DNA of 64,000 nucleotides from Elsinoe ampelina (Eukaryota): NCBI GenBank assembly GCA_010093995.1, contig ML992501.1, positions 578,227 to 642,226 of the forward strand, read 5' to 3'. Shown piece by piece: positions 58,561 to 64,000 of this stretch (position 1 is its first letter; each line of letters starts with the position of its first letter). The notes under the pieces were generated by a model. It saw only the letters and a program-made list of their open reading frames with translations, ran no database searches and was not told where the DNA came from. The position numbers and the translations under genes were made by a program.

Positions 58561-61500
58561 CTAGCTCTAATCTATATCCTTTAACCTCTCTAGCCTTATT
58601 AATATTAATATTAGAGTTCTTATCTATACTACTAATTTATATAGATGCTTAATAAGTAGTTAGATATAAAGTTTAAGATATTAGTATACTTTAATTGTAA
58701 ATAGGTAGAGGAGCTAATTAATATTCTTAGTATAGCTAAAATTTAGTAGAGTAATAAGTAAAGGCCTTTACCTTAATTAGTACTCTATATAATACTCTAC
58801 TAACTAGCTTATTCTAGCTACTAGTACTTATAATCCGATATATTTAGCTACTACATTAGATATCTATCTACTGTAGCTATAGATATAATTCTCTAGCTTA
58901 AGGTATACTATAGTATAATCCTTAACTAGTATTCTTAGTTAACTAACTATTAGTAACTTAAGTACTTTAGGGCTTATATAGTAGCTACTAGTAGAGATTA
59001 ACTACTTTAGGGGTTCCTTAATAGCACCTTTAAGGGGTTTCAAAGGCTAATAATTAACTAGAGAAGGTACTACTCTAGCTATAAGAAGGCCTATAGTATA
59101 AAGTACACTAGTATCTATATAGCTAATAGCCTACTATCGTTAGTAACTAGTTCTTTTACTAGAGCGATAAATAACTAGTAGTAACTCTAAGACTCTAAGG
59201 TACTAGCTTAACTATATATAATTAATTACTAACTAACCGATAGTAATAATATACTCTTTCTATATAGAGATCTAGTCTATTTCCTTACTAATAGAGTAAT
59301 AGCGCTATATACTAGTACTAACCTTAGGCTAGAAGAGGCTAAATTTAATATAAGAATATCGTTAATAAGAATAGAGGTAGAGTACTCCTTTACTTAAGTA
59401 AGGAACTTATAGACCTATACTAATTACTCTACTAGCTAGTTAATAGTATATACGCTAGTTAAAGTGTACTATTAAGTCGCTATGCTCTTAACTAACCTTT
59501 ACACAGCTATAAAAGGTAGTAATTAAACATTATACTACTTTAACTATCCTCTACTAATAATGCGCTAATATCTAAGGCTTAATAATAATAAGTTTATAAT
59601 ATGAAAAGTATAAAGAAAGAGAGTAGCTTATAGCAAATTTTAATAATCTTATCTAAGATTAATCTCTTTAATCTCTTTAATATTATAAAACTTCTTCTTT
59701 ATCTTACCTCTCTTACTACTACTATTTGTCCTCTATAAGAAGTACTATAAAGAGCGCTATAAAGAGCGCTAGCTACAACTATAAAGAAGAGCTAATATCT
59801 TAAGCTAGCTACGTTTAATACTATCTAACTAAGACTCTAAGGCTATAAGGCGTAAAGCCTTAGCTAGAAGTATACCTCTAGCTAGCTAAGTAATTAAGTC
59901 TACTAACTAGATTATAGACTATATAGTTAAAGATACTAGAATAGGCCAATTTTGCTACTAAACTGTCTACTCTACTATTACTATTATTACTAATCGAACT
60001 TAAGTAGATCTTATACTTAACTACGAAGCTTAACTAGTATTTGCTCTACTAAGTATAGTCTCCCTTATACGCTTTATAGTAGTAGTATATTTACGCTTCT
60101 AGTATACCTTATTAGCTATTACTTACTCGGCGTTCATTTTTAGCTTCTAGTACTTATTAATAAAGCAGTTAAGAAGTATAGTGTAGTTAGTTTTACACTC
60201 TATACTAGAGTAGTTATATACGATAGTAGAGCGCTAGATTAAGCACTAAGTATAGATAGGCTCTAGTATATAATAGAGGTTCTTATACTAACGACTATAG
60301 TTGCTAAACTAAGTATTACAAAGTAGCTAGTTAAATCGATAAAGAGTTATATCTCTTAGTTTATAACTAATCGATAGAGTAACCTTAAGTAACTTCTTAT
60401 ATTACTTCTCTAGCTACTGCCTTATCTTAGTCTTAGCCTTAGCCTCTTTCTTCTTCTCTACTTTCTCCTCTACTACCTCTAGCTACTTAATATTCTTCTT
60501 ACGTTACGAAATCCCTAACGCTAGGGAGCTACGTTAGACTACTTCTAAGCAACTAACTTAGTTTAACTTAGTTTAATATAATCCCCTAGTTACCCCTAGG
60601 TCCTACTTAGAAGTAATATAGTTTTTCCCTATAGAAATCTAAAAACCCCTAATGCGTAGCAAATAGAGATAGCCTAATAGTAGATAGCGTACTACGTGTA
60701 TCTCTTATCTTAGTTTAAGCGTTTCTTAGTTCGCGAAGTAATTAGTTTATGTCTACTCTATAAGCTTAATAATATCGATTATAAAAATATTCTATTACGT
60801 AGCTTACCTCGTAGTATATATTATATATGTCTATATATTATATAGACCTTGTAATTCGTCTACTACGTCTAGAAAATTATACAAGGTTACTAGAATATAT
60901 ATATTACTTTACGTTCTACCTAACGCTACTCTTAATAATAATATATATACTATCTTCTTATAATCTTATATCCTTATCCCTTAGTTCTATAAAAGCATCT
61001 CTATCTAGTAGATGTCTATTCTCCTTAATGTCTAAGATACTACTACTATACTTTAGGCCGATTCGGTACTATAAGACTAGTTTATATAGTAGGCCTCTAA
61101 ACTTCTTACGTACGAAGAACAAAAAGTTTATCTACGTCTATATACCTAAGAAATCCTTCTACTACGCCTCGACCGCTAGTAAATCGCTATTAAGTTGTCC
61201 GTCTTAGAATAGTATAGTACGCGTATAATCGAGTAGCCTAGGTAAATATCGCTATTAAGTCTATTAATCCTCGTATGTACTAACTATAACCTAACTTAGT
61301 TTAGTAGTAGTTAAAGTTATAACGAGGTTACTATCTATATTAGGTATCTACGCCGGCCGTGCTTCTATTATAGGAGTTGCTATAGAGCAATTTAGTACTT
61401 CGCTTCTACATACGAACTAAGTAGTACCTTAATACGCTATAATAGGGCGTTTAGCCTTAATTAGACACTCTTCTTAATCTATTAGTATTAAACTTAAGAA

Positions 61501-64000
61501 GCTAATAGAAGAATCGAGCTTACCTCTTAAAAGGTACTTAGTAGGAGCATTTCGTACTAGTGCTATATAATAGCTATTACTCTTGCTATTAGGCCTGTTA
61601 TTACATACCTAACTTCTCTATAAGTTAGTTCGAAGTTAGGTAGGCTAAACTAAAACGAGAAGGTATATATATACCTTTCCCTTGTATCTTCTCTATCTAA
61701 TAGTCCCTCTATAGTATTAGCGTAAAGAGATATATTTAATACTACTACTACAATAGTAAGTCTATTTCTCTCGACGTACTTAGTAAAGCTAAGTTTTAGC
61801 TAACAAAGGATAAGAACCTATCTCGGGCTAATCTACGCTAGAAAGTTATTCTAAATACTTAGTCGGATATAATTAAGTTCTAAAGGTTCTATATGTTTAA
61901 ATACTAGTATTCCCTTAGGTAAGTAGGACTTAACTCTATTTACTCGCTTAACTAAGAGTATATAAATCGTCGCTAGAAAAGAGAAAATAAGAAAGAGTAT
62001 TAGTTCGTTAAAGTAATAGTAAGTACTAGCTATTATAGCTAAGTCTACACGTCTAACAAAGGCTACTTAGAAGGCTTTATATATCAAAGAACTCCTAAAG
62101 CATTTACGCTACTATATGTAAGTAATTAATTAATAAGTACATCTAGCGCGTACTAAATCGCCGTCCTTGCATTAGTACTTTCTTTCCTCTAGTAGCCTAC
62201 GTGCCTAATTTAGTAGCTCGCTATTCTCTAGCCCCTTAGCTAGCTATTCGTAGTAGAGCATCTCGCTTACTATTCGTGTAATGTTATTACAACTATAGTA
62301 GAGCGCCTCTCGGAGCTATACGTATATTAATAAGTAATTAGCTTTAGCTACGTAACCTACCTTACTAGCTATAACTACAGAAGAGTATTCGCCTATAGTT
62401 CTCTATAGATAAAGTACTAGTAGCTAGTTACGGACCGAGCGCTAGTACTATATAATTCGTAGAAGTAGCTATTAATCGTCTAATGTTAGTAATATTGTAT
62501 TATAATCTACTCCGATAGCTATACTTACACGTAGATTGTTATATACCGCCTCGAAAATATCGAGATACTAGTTTAGTACGTTCTATTGCCTCTGCTTTAC
62601 TATCTTAACTAGTATAGAGGCTAACGTTAGGCTATTCTCGTTAGGTTATAGCTCCCTTAAACTCGGATCGAGAGTAGTAATGTCTAATTTATACCTTCTC
62701 CTTTGTCTTTAATATTATATTTATAGCCTACGTAGTTAGCTTAGTCTCCCTTAATGCTAAAGCCTTACTCTACTTTATTCTAGTTAAAATGACCTAAATT
62801 GTTATCTTCGGAATACTTATTAGTCTTATAGTCTAAGCTATATAGGCGCTAACGTGCCTAAGACATCTTAGTTCGTAATAGTTCTAATAAAGAGGTATAT
62901 AGGTATAAGAGAGTTAGTAAGGTAGGCCGGAATAATGTATACTATAAGAGGGATAGATAGTTATCTTATATACGTTATAGTGATTTAGCGTTAGTTTAAG
63001 TTAGATAATAGCTTAGTTAGGTATTTAAAGTACGTAACTTTCTTTTAATTAGAATTAGTTATATCTACCTATACTCTAAGGTGATCTTAACTAGTAAGGG
63101 TATTAAATTAGACTTGTAGCTAGGTCTAACTCGTAGAGTGCTAATTACTAGAAGCTAAACTAAAAAAGAAAGCTACTCGAACTTACTTAAACTAAATACT
63201 TAAACTAAATATAGCATTTGTTATTAGGTTAAGCAACAATTAGAGTAGAAATATGTAGAGAAAAATCATAGATTAAACTTAGACTAAGTAATTATATACT
63301 AATTCGAAAGACTATAGAAACTAGCTATTATATATATAGATAGGTAGCATAATTTATATAGTAGCTCCCTTATTAATTATGTTAGTAGTCTCCCCTTTGC
63401 TAAGTAGTATATCTTCTAAGTGCTAAAAGCATTAATCGCTTACTATCTCGCTGTCTAGGGTGTCCGAATAAGACACGCTAGATAGAGTAGCTTATCTTCT
63501 ACTAATTATGTCGCAATAGAGGGCAGGCGTCGATTAGCTATTAGTAACTATATATAGTAATAGTAGAGTAGCACTATTAGTATAGCGTCGTGTACTCTTA
63601 TTTAATTCGAATAAGCCCCTTAACACCCTACTAGTAAGGTCCGTAGAGGCGATACTAAACGCGTAAAAAGCTTTACTAATATACTTCCTAAGTATATTAT
63701 TCTCTCGCTAGAGTTGTCCGATTAAGCTTATAATCTTCTCCGCTATTAATCGTAATTAGCCTACTTTCTACTAAACAAGTGTAATGTCTTTCTCTAGAAG
63801 TTACTATCTATTAAGCTATTTAGGCTACTAGGTCCTATATCGCTTTTACTAGCTACCGACGTAATTATACTCTTCTTCGTATATATATAGTAGAGAGCTT
63901 CTAATTTAAGCCTCTAGCTAGTTAGGGAGACTATTAGAAGACTATACTTTAATACCTAAACAGATAAGAGAAGCCTATATACTTAATCCTATAGTCTAGA
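58420..64000. mobile_element. RIP-inactivated AT-rich repeat block (element type unresolved)
   Basis: Sharp drop in GC; very high TpA (TAG/TAA/CTA/ATA) with near absence of CpA/TpG; essentially no ORFs in 5.6 kb. Confidence 0.85.

Noticed and set aside
60827..61207. 126-aa ORF in the AT-rich block
   Set aside because: I/L/Y/S-rich composition typical of chance ORFs in RIP-mutated DNA.
61150..61770. Possible RecQ/telomere-linked helicase motifs in the RIP block (LTIVVVVLNISL; IY*RSRRSRR)
   Set aside because: Needs non-canonical back-mutations, and another frame reads equally well; not supportable without deRIP alignment.
1..64000. CRISPR arrays, rRNA or tRNA genes, prokaryotic operons
   Set aside because: None recognised; the DNA is fungal with spliceosomal introns. 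A tRNAscan/Infernal run would be needed to exclude small RNAs.

Overview
Eukaryotic, intron-containing DNA from a filamentous ascomycete. The evidence is short GT-AG introns with CTRAC/CTAAC branch sites plus RIP-type AT-rich blocks; Dothideomycete-like is my inference. About 57 kb is gene-dense, with roughly 29 genes. These include housekeeping genes (RPC17, LSB5, GPI15, PUS3, HUB1, VMA6, MET22, RAP1, PRS5-type, MsrB) and several accessory modules: (i) a head-to-head pair of a sensor-less, Walker-A-degenerate NACHT/STAND-like protein and a fungal AAA+ ATPase beside a RIP scar; (ii) a divergent D-hydantoinase plus bacterial-type N-carbamoyl-D-amino-acid hydrolase pair; (iii) an intronless gene with a C-terminal HicA-like domain, bracketed by a duplicated X-box-like element; (iv) two microproteins below the ORF-track cutoff (a Cys-rich CaaX peptide and a single-TM peptide); (v) a secreted HNH (DUF1524-like) nuclease, an FAD monooxygenase and an amidase. 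Recurrent ~1 kb C-rich-to-G-rich skew-switch domains occur regardless of gene orientation. The last ~5.6 kb is a heavily RIP-mutated block that truncates a gene at its border. All family calls come from motif recognition by eye, not database searches.
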